NCBI GenBank assembly: GCA_027459625.1
Contig: DAIDHP010000007.1
Coordinates: 38,220 to 102,219 of the forward strand
Origin: Chthonomonadales bacterium
GTDB lineage: Bacteria > Armatimonadota > Chthonomonadetes > Chthonomonadales > CAJBBX01
Reading direction: 5' to 3'
DNA length: 64,000 bases
The translations under genes were made by a program, and so were the position numbers. The notes beneath the pieces are model-generated. The model had not been told where the DNA came from. It did not search any database and saw only the letters and a program-made list of their open reading frames with translations. This document shows, piece by piece, positions 8,879-18,531 of this stretch (position 1 is the stretch's first letter; each line of letters starts with the position of its first letter).

Positions 8879-11617
8879 GTGCCTCGCTTAATACTTATTG
8901 ATTGCTATAGCCTGCTATTCAGAGCTTTTTTCGCCAGCAGCTCTCTATCAACCTCTGACGGAAGACCTACGGGCGCCCTGTATGGATTCTCCAATATGCT
9001 GCTCTCTCTCCTTGACCAGGAAAAACCGGACGCGATTTACGCCGCCTGGGACGCGCCTGGAAAAACCTTTCGAGAGGAACGGTACGAGGCGTACAAAGGG
9101 CATCGCCCCGACGTGGCGGAGGAGTTGAAGGCGCAATTCCCGGTGGCAAGGGAAATCATGCAGGTGTTCGGAATCCCATCGGTGGAGACCCCCGGCATGG
9201 AGGCGGACGACTGGATTGGCACGCTGTCGGTCATCGGGGGGCGTAATGGATACGAGGTGGTCATCATCTCGGGGGACTCCGATCAACTGCAGTTGATCGG
9301 AGATTCCGTGCGGGTTCGGATGACACAAAAAGGCGTATCCGAAACCGCGTTGTTCGACGCGGAGGAAGTGAGGAAAAAATACGGTGTGGGTCCGGAACGA
9401 ATACCGGATTTCAAGGCGCTTGTTGGCGATACATCCGACAACATCCCCGGTGTGCCAGGTGTCGGAAAAGTCACAGCGGCGAAACTCTTGCAAGAGTGGG
9501 GCAGCCTTGAAAACCTTCTCGAGCATGCGGAGGAACTACCCAAGGGCAAAGTAAGGGACGCCTTAATCAACGGCAAGGAGACGGCTTTGCTGTCGCTGGA
9601 ATTGGCGACGATCAAATGCGACATCCCTTTCGAAGGCGATATCCAGCCTTACGATCCCGTCAAGGTTCGATGGGCGGACGCGAGAGCGTTGTTTGAGAAC
9701 CTTGAGTTCAAAAGCCTTCTAAGGCGCCTGCCGAAAACGGAAAACGCGGCGGCGCAGTTTCAGCGGACGCCTGGTGAGAGTACGTTGCTGGGAAGAGAGA
9801 GGAATCGTCCTCAGTCCGCATTCAGCGCCGACGCCATCAAGATCACCACAAACGAGGAGTTTCATGATGCGTTGAATTCGGTGAGAAAGTCCGGCAGAGT
9901 TGCGATAAGATTGCATGCGGATTCTTTGGATGGCAACGCGGAGCTAAAGGGGATTGGATTTGCGGCGATGTCTGAGTGCGGGTGGTACGCACCGGTGGGA
10001 AAATCCGGCGTGGAGGTGACGGATTCCTCGCTGGGGGGGCTATTCCAGACGGAGCCCGAGATCTTCAAATTGACGTTAGAGGATTTGAAAGCGTTGCTTT
10101 TGGATTCGAGTGTGAAACGGACCGCACATGATGCAAAGCAAACAATATGTTTACTGTCGGAATACGGACTTCCTCCGAAGGATTTTCATTTTGACACCTA
10201 TTTGGCGGATTATCTTCTGGACGCCTCCCATTCCACCCGTTCGTTGATGGATTTGGCGGAGCGGATTATTGAGGTGAAATGGGAGACGGAGAATGCGTTT
10301 GATCCTGAACTAACCTTGGCACGCGAAGCCGCACTTTTGCTCGCGCTGGAGGATCGGATGACGGAAAGATTGGTGAAAGACGATCTCCATGACATTCTAT
10401 TAAAACTGGAAATTCCTGTGGCGGCTGTTTTGGCGTCGATGGAGAGGGAAGGGGTGTTGGTGGATAAAAAATGGCTCGAAACGCTCTCCAGCGAGATGGC
10501 GATGCAGATTGACACCCTTTGCGAAAAAATATACGCCCTTGCCGGTCATGAATTCACCATAAACTCCCCCAAGCAGCTGCAAACCGTGTTATTCGAGGAG
10601 TTAGAATTACCTTCGGGAAAAAAGACCAAAACCGGACTCACAACCAATGCGGAATTATTGGAATCTCTTGCGTCTCAGTATGAGATAGCCGCTCTTATTC
10701 TGGAGTATCGCGAGCAGAGCAAATTGAAGAGCACATACGCGGATGCTTTGCCAAAATTGATCAACCCTAAAACGGGAAGAATACACACTACGTTCAACCA
10801 AACGGGCACGACCACCGGGCGGTTATCCTCAAGCGATCCGAATCTTCAGAACGTGCCTGTCCGTTCCGAGGCGGGGCGGCGCATTCGGAAGGCGTTTATA
10901 GCTCCAAAGGGGCAGGTTTTACTTTCCTGCGATTATTCCCAGATCGAACTGCGCGTCTTCGCCCATTACATTCGAGACGCTCGAATGATGGAGGCGTTCA
11001 CTCGGGACGAGGATATCCATGCCGCCACGGCGTCCACGCTTTTCGGCATCCCCCAAAGCGAAGTGACAGGGGAGATGCGGCGCAGGGCGAAGACTGTGAA
11101 TTTCGCCGTTATTTACGGCCAAAGCGATTTCGGTTTGGCGAACAGCCTTGGAATTCCACAGGAAGAGGCGCGCGAATTCAAGAAACGATACTTCGAGCAG
11201 TTTCCGGGTGTTCGTGAATACACGCTGAAAACCGTGGAGCAAGCGCGAACAAATGGTTACGTGACCACTCTTTTGGGAAGGAGAAGATACATTCCTGACA
11301 TATCCGCGAAAAACTTCAGCATCCGTCAGGCGGCGGAGCGAGCGGCAGTGAATATGCCGATTCAAGGCACCGCCGCCGATATGATGAAACAGGCGATGAT
11401 AAATGTCTATCACAGTATCTCCGACTTGTGCTATAATTGTTTTTTGGAATTACAGGTGCATGACGAGTTGGTTTTACGCGTGGACAAAGCCTTCGTCGAG
11501 GAGGCGGGTCGGAAAATTGCTCATATCATGGAAAGCGCATTCCCGTTGGATGTTCCGGTGCGCGTGGATGCCAAATACGGTGAAAATTGGATGGAGATGA
11601 CCCCACTCCCTCGTTAA
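8879..11617 (+). CDS. polA: DNA polymerase I
   Basis: 912 aa with an N-terminal 5'-nuclease domain. Polymerase motifs DYSQIELR (A), RRRAKTVNFAVIYG (B) and QVHDELV (C) are present. The ExoI position reads LHADSLD rather than DTETDSLD, so the 3'-5' proofreading site is probably inactive, as in Taq/Bst-type Pol I. GTG start with an AAGGAG SD. Confidence 0.95.
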   Translation: MPRLILIDCYSLLFRAFFASSSLSTSDGRPTGALYGFSNMLLSLLDQEKPDAIYAAWDAPGKTFREERYEAYKGHRPDVAEELKAQFPVAREIMQVFGIPSVETPGMEADDWIGTLSVIGGRNGYEVVIISGDSDQLQLIGDSVRVRMTQKGVSETALFDAEEVRKKYGVGPERIPDFKALVGDTSDNIPGVPGVGKVTAAKLLQEWGSLENLLEHAEELPKGKVRDALINGKETALLSLELATIKCDIPFEGDIQPYDPVKVRWADARALFENLEFKSLLRRLPKTENAAAQFQRTPGESTLLGRERNRPQSAFSADAIKITTNEEFHDALNSVRKSGRVAIRLHADSLDGNAELKGIGFAAMSECGWYAPVGKSGVEVTDSSLGGLFQTEPEIFKLTLEDLKALLLDSSVKRTAHDAKQTICLLSEYGLPPKDFHFDTYLADYLLDASHSTRSLMDLAERIIEVKWETENAFDPELTLAREAALLLALEDRMTERLVKDDLHDILLKLEIPVAAVLASMEREGVLVDKKWLETLSSEMAMQIDTLCEKIYALAGHEFTINSPKQLQTVLFEELELPSGKKTKTGLTTNAELLESLASQYEIAALILEYREQSKLKSTYADALPKLINPKTGRIHTTFNQTGTTTGRLSSSDPNLQNVPVRSEAGRRIRKAFIAPKGQVLLSCDYSQIELRVFAHYIRDARMMEAFTRDEDIHAATASTLFGIPQSEVTGEMRRRAKTVNFAVIYGQSDFGLANSLGIPQEEAREFKKRYFEQFPGVREYTLKTVEQARTNGYVTTLLGRRRYIPDISAKNFSIRQAAERAAVNMPIQGTAADMMKQAMINVYHSISDLCYNCFLELQVHDELVLRVDKAFVEEAGRKIAHIMESAFPLDVPVRVDAKYGENWMEMTPLPR

Positions 11618-11686
11618 AAGAGATACATATATTCCGTATTTGCTTTGAGAGGCTAATAATTTCATGTTTATTTCATGCAGGATATC

Positions 11687-11715
11687 TTGTAAAAAGGTAG
11701 AATTACATATAGAAT
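11687..11715 (+). promoter_or_regulatory. candidate sigma70-type promoter of rpsA
   Basis: TTGTAA (11687-11692), 17 nt, TAGAAT (11710-11715). This would give a leader of about 125 nt before rpsA. Pattern match only. Confidence 0.3.
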
Positions 11716-11845
11716 AGAGGAAGTGGTTTTTTTGTGGGGTGAATTTTCTATCCTCGCTGTGCTTTAAACGCGGTATGGCGCCGACCATGCAATGACTGTA
11801 TGCGATGCTGATAGAAATCGGCATCATGAGAGGAGTTGAGTTGCA

Positions 11846-13165
11846 ATGACTGATGATATCAACCACTCGATGAGCGAAACACCTTCGGATATGTCCGATC
11901 GCTCAGAGGTTGAACGAACCGAGACGCCAACATCCGAAACTGCGAAGGTATCCTCCAAGGATAATTCATCCGAGGATATGGGTGTTCAAAACGTCATGGA
12001 TTACGATCAGAGCATCCCCACATTCTCCGAAGGGGATGTGGTTCAGGGTGTCGTCGTGCATATTGATCGAGAAGGTGTTCTCGTGGATGTGGGGATGAAA
12101 TCAGAGGGGATCATTCATCGCAACGAACTCTCCCGGGATGCAAACGCCGCCGCCGAGGATATCGTGAAGGTTGGCGAGAAAATTGATGTTTTCGTGTTGG
12201 AAGTGGAAACCCAGGATGGTAACCTCATCTTATCGAAGAAACGCGCGGATTTTGAGAAGGCGTGGGAGCGAGTGCAGGAGGCGAAGGATCAGAACAAGAC
12301 GCTTGTGGCGTTGGTGACGGATCGCGTCAAAGGCGGATTGGTGGTGGATTTGGGCATTCGTGGTTTCGTGCCCGCCTCGCACGTTGGGAACGGCTCACTG
12401 AAAAATAATTTGGATAAATTCGTGGGGCAATCCATCCCGCTGAAGGTGATAGAGGTTGACAAGGAGCGACGCAAGGTGGTCCTTTCCAACAAGCTGGCGC
12501 TGGAGGAGGAGCGGGAACAGCGCAAGGCGGACACCGCGCAAAGTTTGGCGGTGGGACAGATTCGCAAGGGCATTGTGAGAAGACTTACGACTTACGGAGC
12601 TTTTGTGGATCTTGGCGGAATCGACGGTTTATTGCATATCTCCGAAATGTCCTGGTCGCGCATTAATCATCCTCAGGAGGAGATGAAAGAGGGCGACGAG
12701 ATAGACGTAATCATCCTCAAAATGGATTTGGAAACGGGGAAAGTGAGTTTGGGTCGGCGACAGATACTGCCCGACCCATGGAAGGCGATAGAGGAGAAGT
12801 ATCATATTGGTGTTATGATCAAGGGGCCGATCACCCGAATAGTCCCCTTCGGCGCTTTCATGCAGATCGAGGGTTTGGAAGGGATTATTCCAAATTCCGA
12901 AGTGACAGGCAAGAAAGGCGGGAAGGCTGCGGGGAACCTGGAGCAGGGGCAGGAGGTCGAGGCCATGATCATTGACATGAAGCCAGAGGAACGCAAGATC
13001 ACCCTCTCCATCGCCAAACTGAGGCATGAAGAGGAAACTCGTCAGGAGCAAAAGCAGGTCGAAGAGTTCCATAGCCGCGCAAACGGAGATCAGGGAGCTC
13101 CTCGCTTCACTATTGGGGACGCTTTAAAGGCTAAAGAGGACAATGAAGCGGATTCCGAACAGTGA
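11846..13165 (+). CDS. rpsA: 30S ribosomal protein S1
   Basis: 439 aa with an acidic N-terminal extension followed by four S1 OB-fold repeats (GDVVQGVVVHIDREGVLVDVG, VTDRVKGGLVVDLG, GQIRKGIVRRLTTYGAFVDLG, GVMIKGPITRIVPFGAFMQI). Confidence 0.9.
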   Translation: MTDDINHSMSETPSDMSDRSEVERTETPTSETAKVSSKDNSSEDMGVQNVMDYDQSIPTFSEGDVVQGVVVHIDREGVLVDVGMKSEGIIHRNELSRDANAAAEDIVKVGEKIDVFVLEVETQDGNLILSKKRADFEKAWERVQEAKDQNKTLVALVTDRVKGGLVVDLGIRGFVPASHVGNGSLKNNLDKFVGQSIPLKVIEVDKERRKVVLSNKLALEEEREQRKADTAQSLAVGQIRKGIVRRLTTYGAFVDLGGIDGLLHISEMSWSRINHPQEEMKEGDEIDVIILKMDLETGKVSLGRRQILPDPWKAIEEKYHIGVMIKGPITRIVPFGAFMQIEGLEGIIPNSEVTGKKGGKAAGNLEQGQEVEAMIIDMKPEERKITLSIAKLRHEEETRQEQKQVEEFHSRANGDQGAPRFTIGDALKAKEDNEADSEQ

Positions 13166-13178
13166 TAATCCTCTTGAG

Positions 13179-13218
13179 GGGCTTCGAGATTTTCATTCTC
13201 GAAGCCCTTATTTATTAT
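13179..13218 (+). terminator. rho-independent terminator of rpsA
   Basis: Stem GGGCTTCGAGA / TCTCGAAGCCC (13179-13189 / 13197-13207) with a 7-nt loop, followed by TTATTTATTAT. It starts 14 nt after the stop codon. Confidence 0.7.
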
Positions 13219-13220
13219 CG

Positions 13221-13308
13221 AGAGGTAATTGCAAAAATTGCTTGTCAAGTGTTCGTGGAATGTTAAATGATCGCGGTCCTTCTCATTTCAGTTTTTCGCG
13301 ATTATCTC
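13221..13308. mobile_element. MITE copy (88 bp)
   Basis: The left end AGAGGTAATTGCAAAA is identical to IS left TIR positions 28746-28761. The interior aligns with the 33749 copy (GGTAATTGCAAAAAT[T/C]GCTT[G/T]TCA[A/G]GT...). The right end GTTTTTCGCGATTATCTC is a degraded TIR. Confidence 0.55.
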
Positions 13309-13351
13309 CGGACATCAAAATAAGAAAGAAAGAACAGGCAGGTTAGTTAAA

Positions 13352-13954
13352 ATGCCGGTTATTGGAATTACAGGGGGTATCGCCACCGGTAAAAGCGTTG
13401 TGGCGCACATGTTCGAGGAATTGGGAGCTATCATCTTCAGCGCGGATGACGCCTCTCGCGAGGTCATGGCGCCGGGAAGCGAAGTGGTGAGGAAGGTGGG
13501 GGCGGTTTTCGGAAAACAGTTCGTTCTTCCCGACGGTCACGCCGACCGAACCGCTTTGGCGGCTTTGGTTTTTTCCAACTCCGAGGCTAGGGAAAAACTT
13601 GAGAAGATCACTCATCCGGCGATATTGGAGTTGCTAAGAAAACGAATCGAGGATGCGCAAAGAAACGACCCCGCCGCATTTCTCGTTGTGGAGGCGCCTC
13701 TTCTCTTCGAGGCGAATTTGGAGAGCTGGTTCGACGAAATAATCGTCGTCGCCTCCGTGCGTCGCATTCAGGTGGAGCGCCTGCTCAGCAGAAATAGGAT
13801 AACACCGGACGAAGCGTATCGGCGGATTGAATCCCAAATGCCATTGGAGGAAAAGATGGCTTTAGCGGATCGCGTAATTCACAACGACGGGGATATGGAG
13901 GAGACTAGAAAACAGGTGGAGGATCTCTGGGAAAGGCTCAAAGGAACCCTTTAA
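13352..13954 (+). CDS. coaE: dephospho-CoA kinase
   Basis: 200 aa. The N-terminal P-loop MPVIGITGGIATGKS and the overall length are typical of CoaE. Confidence 0.85.
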   Translation: MPVIGITGGIATGKSVVAHMFEELGAIIFSADDASREVMAPGSEVVRKVGAVFGKQFVLPDGHADRTALAALVFSNSEAREKLEKITHPAILELLRKRIEDAQRNDPAAFLVVEAPLLFEANLESWFDEIIVVASVRRIQVERLLSRNRITPDEAYRRIESQMPLEEKMALADRVIHNDGDMEETRKQVEDLWERLKGTL

Positions 13955-14262
13955 GCCTTTGTCCTCGTTCGGGTGTGGCAATGTTCTGAGATGATCATGT
14001 AATTAATGGATATGTTGTTAGCGATAATCGTGCTGGAAAGAATAAACGGAAAAACAACCGATGTCTCATACCACATGCTCGGTGAGGAGCATTATAGGCG
14101 AATCGCAAGATAGCCAGCTTGTTAGTTGTTATAAAACAATAGTTAATATCTTACATTTAGTGCATCCTGTAACTATCTCATTGATACAGTTATAATTTAT
14201 TTACAATAGTCACCTCTTGTTTCCCTCATTATTTTCCCACAGAAAAAAAACAGAATTATCCA

Positions 14263-14291
14263 TTGACAATTGTGACTTCTTGCCATATAAT
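14263..14291 (+). promoter_or_regulatory. consensus sigma70 promoter
   Basis: TTGACA (14263-14268), exactly 17 nt, TATAAT (14286-14291), which is a perfect match to the E. coli-type consensus. It lies 196 nt upstream of the ATG at 14487. Confidence 0.5.
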
Positions 14292-14486
14292 ATCTAAAGT
14301 CAAATTTACGCTTTCATATCTTTCATATTCCAGTGATTTATCGATAGATTTAAAGAAGGGGGGATGATATTTTTTCGTTTATCCTATGAAATCACATCAT
14401 GGGGCGGTGAATACTTCAATGACGTGTTTTTAGTTAGTTCCGTTCTATTTCAAAAGTGACACACATTTCAAAGAAAGGATGAATTC

Positions 14487-15221
14487 ATGAAACGCAAAGG
14501 TTTTACACTAATCGAGTTGCTTGTGGTAATAGCAATAATTGCAATTTTGGCCGCTATTCTCTTTCCGGTTTTCGCCCAAGCGAGGGAAAAAGCTCGACAG
14601 GCAAGCTGCATGAGCAATCTAAATCAGATAGGTCTTGCAATGTTGCAGTATACGCAAGATTATGACGAACATTTCCCGATCTGTTGGCAGGGAGGATTGG
14701 GTAACCAATCCTGGGGGAACGGAAGCGCATTAAGCTGGGCGGCGTCCACTCAGCCCTACATCAAGAGCATTCAGGTATTGAAATGCCCTGACGACGCCTA
14801 CGCGAAATTGGCATGTAGTTATTTAATGAATAACTTCTTTGATCAAGCACCTCAGGCGAAAGCGCAGAACGTGGCGAGTACTGTGCTGTTAACCGAGGGG
14901 CAAGTGAACGACCAGTGGTGCTGCGGCAACGTCTCAGACACCTACGGCTCCTACATGAACGGTCTTAACGACGACTACACCCTTTGGGAAGCTGCGTCCC
15001 GAGTGATGCGAAGCGACCGAGGAGAGCCGCGCCATTCCGCCATGCTCGAGGTGCTGTGGGCTGACGGGCATGTGAAGAACACGGGGCAACTGCCGTCCGC
15101 GCCGTGGAACGCTCCGCAAGCAACAATCAATCAGTGCATCAGCGCACTTGAAGGTCAATTGCCGATCGAGAAGGTAATCTTCCCGAACAACACCGGTCCG
15201 CAGACTTGGGGATGGTTCTAA
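14487..15221 (+). CDS. prepilin-type N-terminal cleavage/methylation domain protein, DUF1559 (H-X9-DG) family
   Basis: 244 aa with a pilin-like signal ([26 protein letters not shown]). This is followed by [16 protein letters not shown] and a C-terminal ADGHVK motif. Confidence 0.85.
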   Translation: MKRKGFTLIELLVVIAIIAILAAILFPVFAQAREKARQASCMSNLNQIGLAMLQYTQDYDEHFPICWQGGLGNQSWGNGSALSWAASTQPYIKSIQVLKCPDDAYAKLACSYLMNNFFDQAPQAKAQNVASTVLLTEGQVNDQWCCGNVSDTYGSYMNGLNDDYTLWEAASRVMRSDRGEPRHSAMLEVLWADGHVKNTGQLPSAPWNAPQATINQCISALEGQLPIEKVIFPNNTGPQTWGWF

Positions 15222-15254
15222 AAAGGCGGCTGAGTTCAACTTAAGTGAATGATA

Positions 15255-15296
15255 AAGAATGGACGATGAACCATCGTCCATTCTTTTCTTTGGTTT
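15255..15296 (+). terminator. rho-independent terminator
   Basis: 14-bp perfect stem AAGAATGGACGATG / CATCGTCCATTCTT with a 3-nt loop, followed by TTCTTTGGTTTT. It starts 34 nt after the stop codon. Confidence 0.8.
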
Positions 15297-15471
15297 TGAA
15301 ATCCACCCTCATAAAACTTATGGTTCCTCGCTGTTTTGTGTGGGTATACGACAGGCGGGTATCTCTGCATTGAACTCAATCCATCCCGAAAAAGATGTCC
15401 AATGGAGTGCGCCGATACGCCTGCAAAGCCTGAAGGAGGATGTGTGGCGGGCGAACCGAGCTATTAATATT

Positions 15472-15549
15472 CAACCCCTTCGGGGTTGGCGGATGGCTTT
15501 CAAGCCATTTGGGATATCGTACCTCGGGATTCATCCCGAGGGGAGTACG
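15472..15549 (+). other. three consecutive stem-loops inside an ORF-free gap (candidate structured RNA)
   Basis: H1: CAACCCC-TTC-GGGGTTG (15472-15488). H2: (GG)ATGGCT-TTCA-AGCCAT(TT) (15491-15510). H3: CGTA/CCTCGGGA-TTCA-TCCCGAGG/..TACG (15518-15549). Strand assignment is uncertain. Confidence 0.3.
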
Positions 15550-16157
15550 GTGCGGAAAGAGAGTATTCGCGTAGGTGCGGGGCGCCTATCCATTTTCTCG
15601 CCAGTTCCACGTGGTCAGATGGAGGATATGATACTTTCAGGGTTACCAATAAACGAATGGAAGCGTGTATAGCGGGAGAGGTTGATGTGTTTCGCCGTCA
15701 TAACTCCATTTGGGAGGAGGAATAGCTTAAAGCTGCGGACGAAGTGGGTGTTTTGATAGGGGATGAAACCGCCGCCTACTCGGATGGAAGCGGGTATTAC
15801 GGATATAACACCCCCGAGTTCTGGATATATTATCGAGATCGCAATTAAAGGATGATTGATCGTGACCGAAATCACACTTGTCTTTCGATGTGGAGTTTGG
15901 GGAATGGGATTCTCTTCATGGGCAATCAGAAATACGAAGCGAATCTTCCAAAGCAACTCAGAGATTTAGGGGGATACGCCAAAACCATATGGAATAACAG
16001 GCGCGGTGAAATGAAATGAATGGGATTGGTGATACTGGCTGCAGGCAAATCGCCTAAAGAGACGGAGGAGAGGACTGAGATTTATCACCTTGTATCAGAT
16101 TGCGGATGAGGTTTCCACTGTCTATTTCCCCACGACCTCCGGATATCCGGATGAATC

Positions 16158-17216
16158 TTAGGTGTCAAGCAGTTCGAGCAGCGCCAAGGCGGTGCGCCGC
16201 ACCCCTTGGCCATCCACCAAATTCCCGCCGGTCTTTCCCAGTTCGCGTCTTTTGGAGGGGGAGTTCAACAGTATCTCGGTTCTTAACGCTATCTCCTCCT
16301 CGGTGGCGTCCAAGCCGTATCCGACGGTCTCCATGCCGCCCGCGAGGGATAGCTTACGGGCGAGTTCGAACTGGTGATCAATGGGTTGACAGATCGCAAG
16401 GGCCGGCGTTCCCGAGCGGCAAGCCTCATACATCGTGAGGCCGCCTGCGATCAACGCCAAATCGCACCAAAGGAATAGGTCCAGCAATCCGGGAACATTG
16501 AGCCGTATTTCCCATTCCCAAGGGGCGGATTTCAGTTCCCGCTCCAGTTCGTTTTGATGAGGATACGCCGCGCCGCCAACGAATATCACCTTCCGTATTT
16601 TCGGGATGCGCTTCAATGCCCTTGCGGTTTTAACGGTCAGCCCCGCCGCATCCACCCCGCCCATCGTCACCAGAATATCGCCCGAGGAATCGTAGTTACG
16701 CGCTTTCAGATCGTTTCCCAGAGCGGCGAATTGAGGGTCAAGCATGGCGAATGGGCATCCCTCGAAAAGGCGGCAACCGGATTTTAACGTCGATCGGTCG
16801 GGCTCCTCCACAAGCACATTAAATATCGCGTCCGCGTATACTCTTCCCGGTCCGCGATCATCGAATGTGACAAGTTTCACCCCCGTGTGCGCCAGGGACC
16901 GCATGTCCCTCTCAGGGGTGTCCAACATGTCGATGAGACAGATATCATAGTGTTGATCGCGCAACGATTCTAACACCGGAGCGGCGTGTAGAACCGGCTT
17001 GATCGCATAGAGATCGGATCTAGGCGTAAGAATGTGAAGGCATGCCGGGGCGGCTTCGGCTATGGGAGCCATTTTGATGTCATCCGCCATCATGATGGTG
17101 GCTTCAAGAGGGTGTAAACCGCTCAATTCCCTGAGGATGCGCACCGCTCGAAGGATATGCCCCGATCCGATGGGATACCCCCCGTCCGCGCGATAAAGGA
17201 GGCGAATCTTATCCAT
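16158..17216 (-). CDS. PseG/SpsG-like nucleotide-sugar hydrolase / GT-B glycosyltransferase
   Basis: 352 aa. The N-terminus LLYRADGGYPIGSGHILRAVRIL and the C-terminal half (MGGVDAAGLT..., IAGGLTMYEACRSGTPAL) resemble PseG/SpsG family proteins. Confidence 0.65.
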   Translation of the reverse strand: MDKIRLLYRADGGYPIGSGHILRAVRILRELSGLHPLEATIMMADDIKMAPIAEAAPACLHILTPRSDLYAIKPVLHAAPVLESLRDQHYDICLIDMLDTPERDMRSLAHTGVKLVTFDDRGPGRVYADAIFNVLVEEPDRSTLKSGCRLFEGCPFAMLDPQFAALGNDLKARNYDSSGDILVTMGGVDAAGLTVKTARALKRIPKIRKVIFVGGAAYPHQNELERELKSAPWEWEIRLNVPGLLDLFLWCDLALIAGGLTMYEACRSGTPALAICQPIDHQFELARKLSLAGGMETVGYGLDATEEEIALRTEILLNSPSKRRELGKTGGNLVDGQGVRRTALALLELLDT

Positions 17217-17217
17217 G

Positions 17218-18219
17218 TCAGGAGCCCGGAGACACGGCGAGAGCGGTCACCGAGTTTCCGTTTGCATTGATTTTCTCGACAAGGGTCATTGATGAGGGGT
17301 TCCAGTAACTGATCGCATTATCCTTGCCGGTGGAAATGAGATATTGTCCGTTTTTACTCCAAGCGAGGCATGTGGCGGGAGTGTCCGCCAAGGCGCAGCA
17401 GGATTCCTTCAGGTGATTGTTTGTGATATTCCATATTCTGATGTGGCCGTCGTATCCCGCGCTTGCGAGGCGGCCGCCGTTGGGGGACAGAGCGATGGCG
17501 TTCACGGCGTGATCATCGCCCTTCACGCGCTGAATGAGGTTCAGATTGTCCGTGTTCCAGACTTTGATGTATCCATCCTGAGCGGAACTGATGAGGGTAT
17601 GTCCGTTCGGCAACCAAGCCAATCCGGTAATGGGTTCGTCATGCCCTACGATGGTGCCAATGAGGTTTCCGTTGGATTTCCAGATTTGAATCAATCTGTC
17701 CGCGCCGCCGGACGCCAGAATATTGCTTCCCGGGTTCCACGCCAAGGCTCGCACGGCGTTATTGTGAGCATGCATGGTCACGAGAAGCTTGTAAGTTTGA
17801 GCGTTCCATATCTTCACGATGCCGTCCGCATCGCCCGAGGCGAGCAGATTGCCGTCAGGCGAAAGTGCGATGCAGGTGACAGCGGCCTTATGACCCTGGA
17901 ATGTGTTTTCCATAGAGCCATCCGCCGAGCTCCACAACTTCACCGATTTATCCTCGGAACTGGAATAGATGAATTTGCCGTCAGGGGAATAAACTACGCC
18001 GGTGATGGCTCCGTCATGGGCGAGGAAATTTAGCGTCTGCTTGCCCGAGCTGTTCCATATGGAGATTGTGTCATCCGAATTTCCGGTTGCGATTACGGGA
18101 AGATCGTTCAGATCCAAACCATAGGAGGATCCGATGATAACGAACAGAATGCCAATTATCGCGATCAACGCCGCTCGTTTTATCATTGGGTTCACTGAGA
18201 CTCTCCGAGAGAACCACAC
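17218..18219 (-). CDS. membrane-anchored WD40-repeat beta-propeller protein
   Basis: 333 aa with a hydrophobic N-terminal anchor (AALIAIIGILFVIIGSSYG), followed by about seven WD40 blades (e.g. GHKAAVTCIALSPDGNLLASGDADGIVKIWN). The start may be GTG 18219 or ATG 18186. The stop is 1 nt from the next ATG. Confidence 0.85.
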   Translation of the reverse strand: MWFSRRVSVNPMIKRAALIAIIGILFVIIGSSYGLDLNDLPVIATGNSDDTISIWNSSGKQTLNFLAHDGAITGVVYSPDGKFIYSSSEDKSVKLWSSADGSMENTFQGHKAAVTCIALSPDGNLLASGDADGIVKIWNAQTYKLLVTMHAHNNAVRALAWNPGSNILASGGADRLIQIWKSNGNLIGTIVGHDEPITGLAWLPNGHTLISSAQDGYIKVWNTDNLNLIQRVKGDDHAVNAIALSPNGGRLASAGYDGHIRIWNITNNHLKESCCALADTPATCLAWSKNGQYLISTGKDNAISYWNPSSMTLVEKINANGNSVTALAVSPGS

Positions 18220-18531
18220 GTCTCACCGATCCGGGGGTGGAAAAGGGTGAAATTGCATGTTAATATTATGACATGTTATCTTTTGATTAAATATACGTGT
18301 GAAAGGCATGGTTTCCTTTCCACATCGTTGGACATGAGCGTAATCACGCTTCGGTTGAATGCAAACACCATCATATTCCTAATTTGTTTGACGTTTTTTT
18401 TACTCAGTTGTTGCATAATTCTAATAGGGGCAATCGCAAGGGTGCGGATCCATAACATGAATTTTAAGAGTGGATATACGTCATCTCTCCTATATGGCAT
18501 GCAATATGCAACATATACCAGAGAAAGGGTT

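Noticed and set aside
14364-14459. 31-codon ORF (MIFFRLSYEITSWGGEYFNDVFLVSSVLFQK) in the leader of the pseudopilin gene
   Set aside because: The G-run directly abuts the ATG, so there is no proper SD spacing, and there is no other support. It is noted only as part of the long-leader observation.
14499-14600. About 100 nt of ~80% nucleotide similarity, in inverted orientation, with 39200-39300
   Set aside because: It is explained by the conserved prepilin-type N-terminal coding sequence shared by the two DUF1559 paralogs. It is not an independent repeat element.
15259-15956. Track ORFs of 137 aa (+), 79 aa (+) and 113 aa (-) in the gap after the pseudopilin gene
   Set aside because: The first one starts inside the terminator hairpin. 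None has an SD, and the peptides look random. I treat the region as non-coding (see finding).
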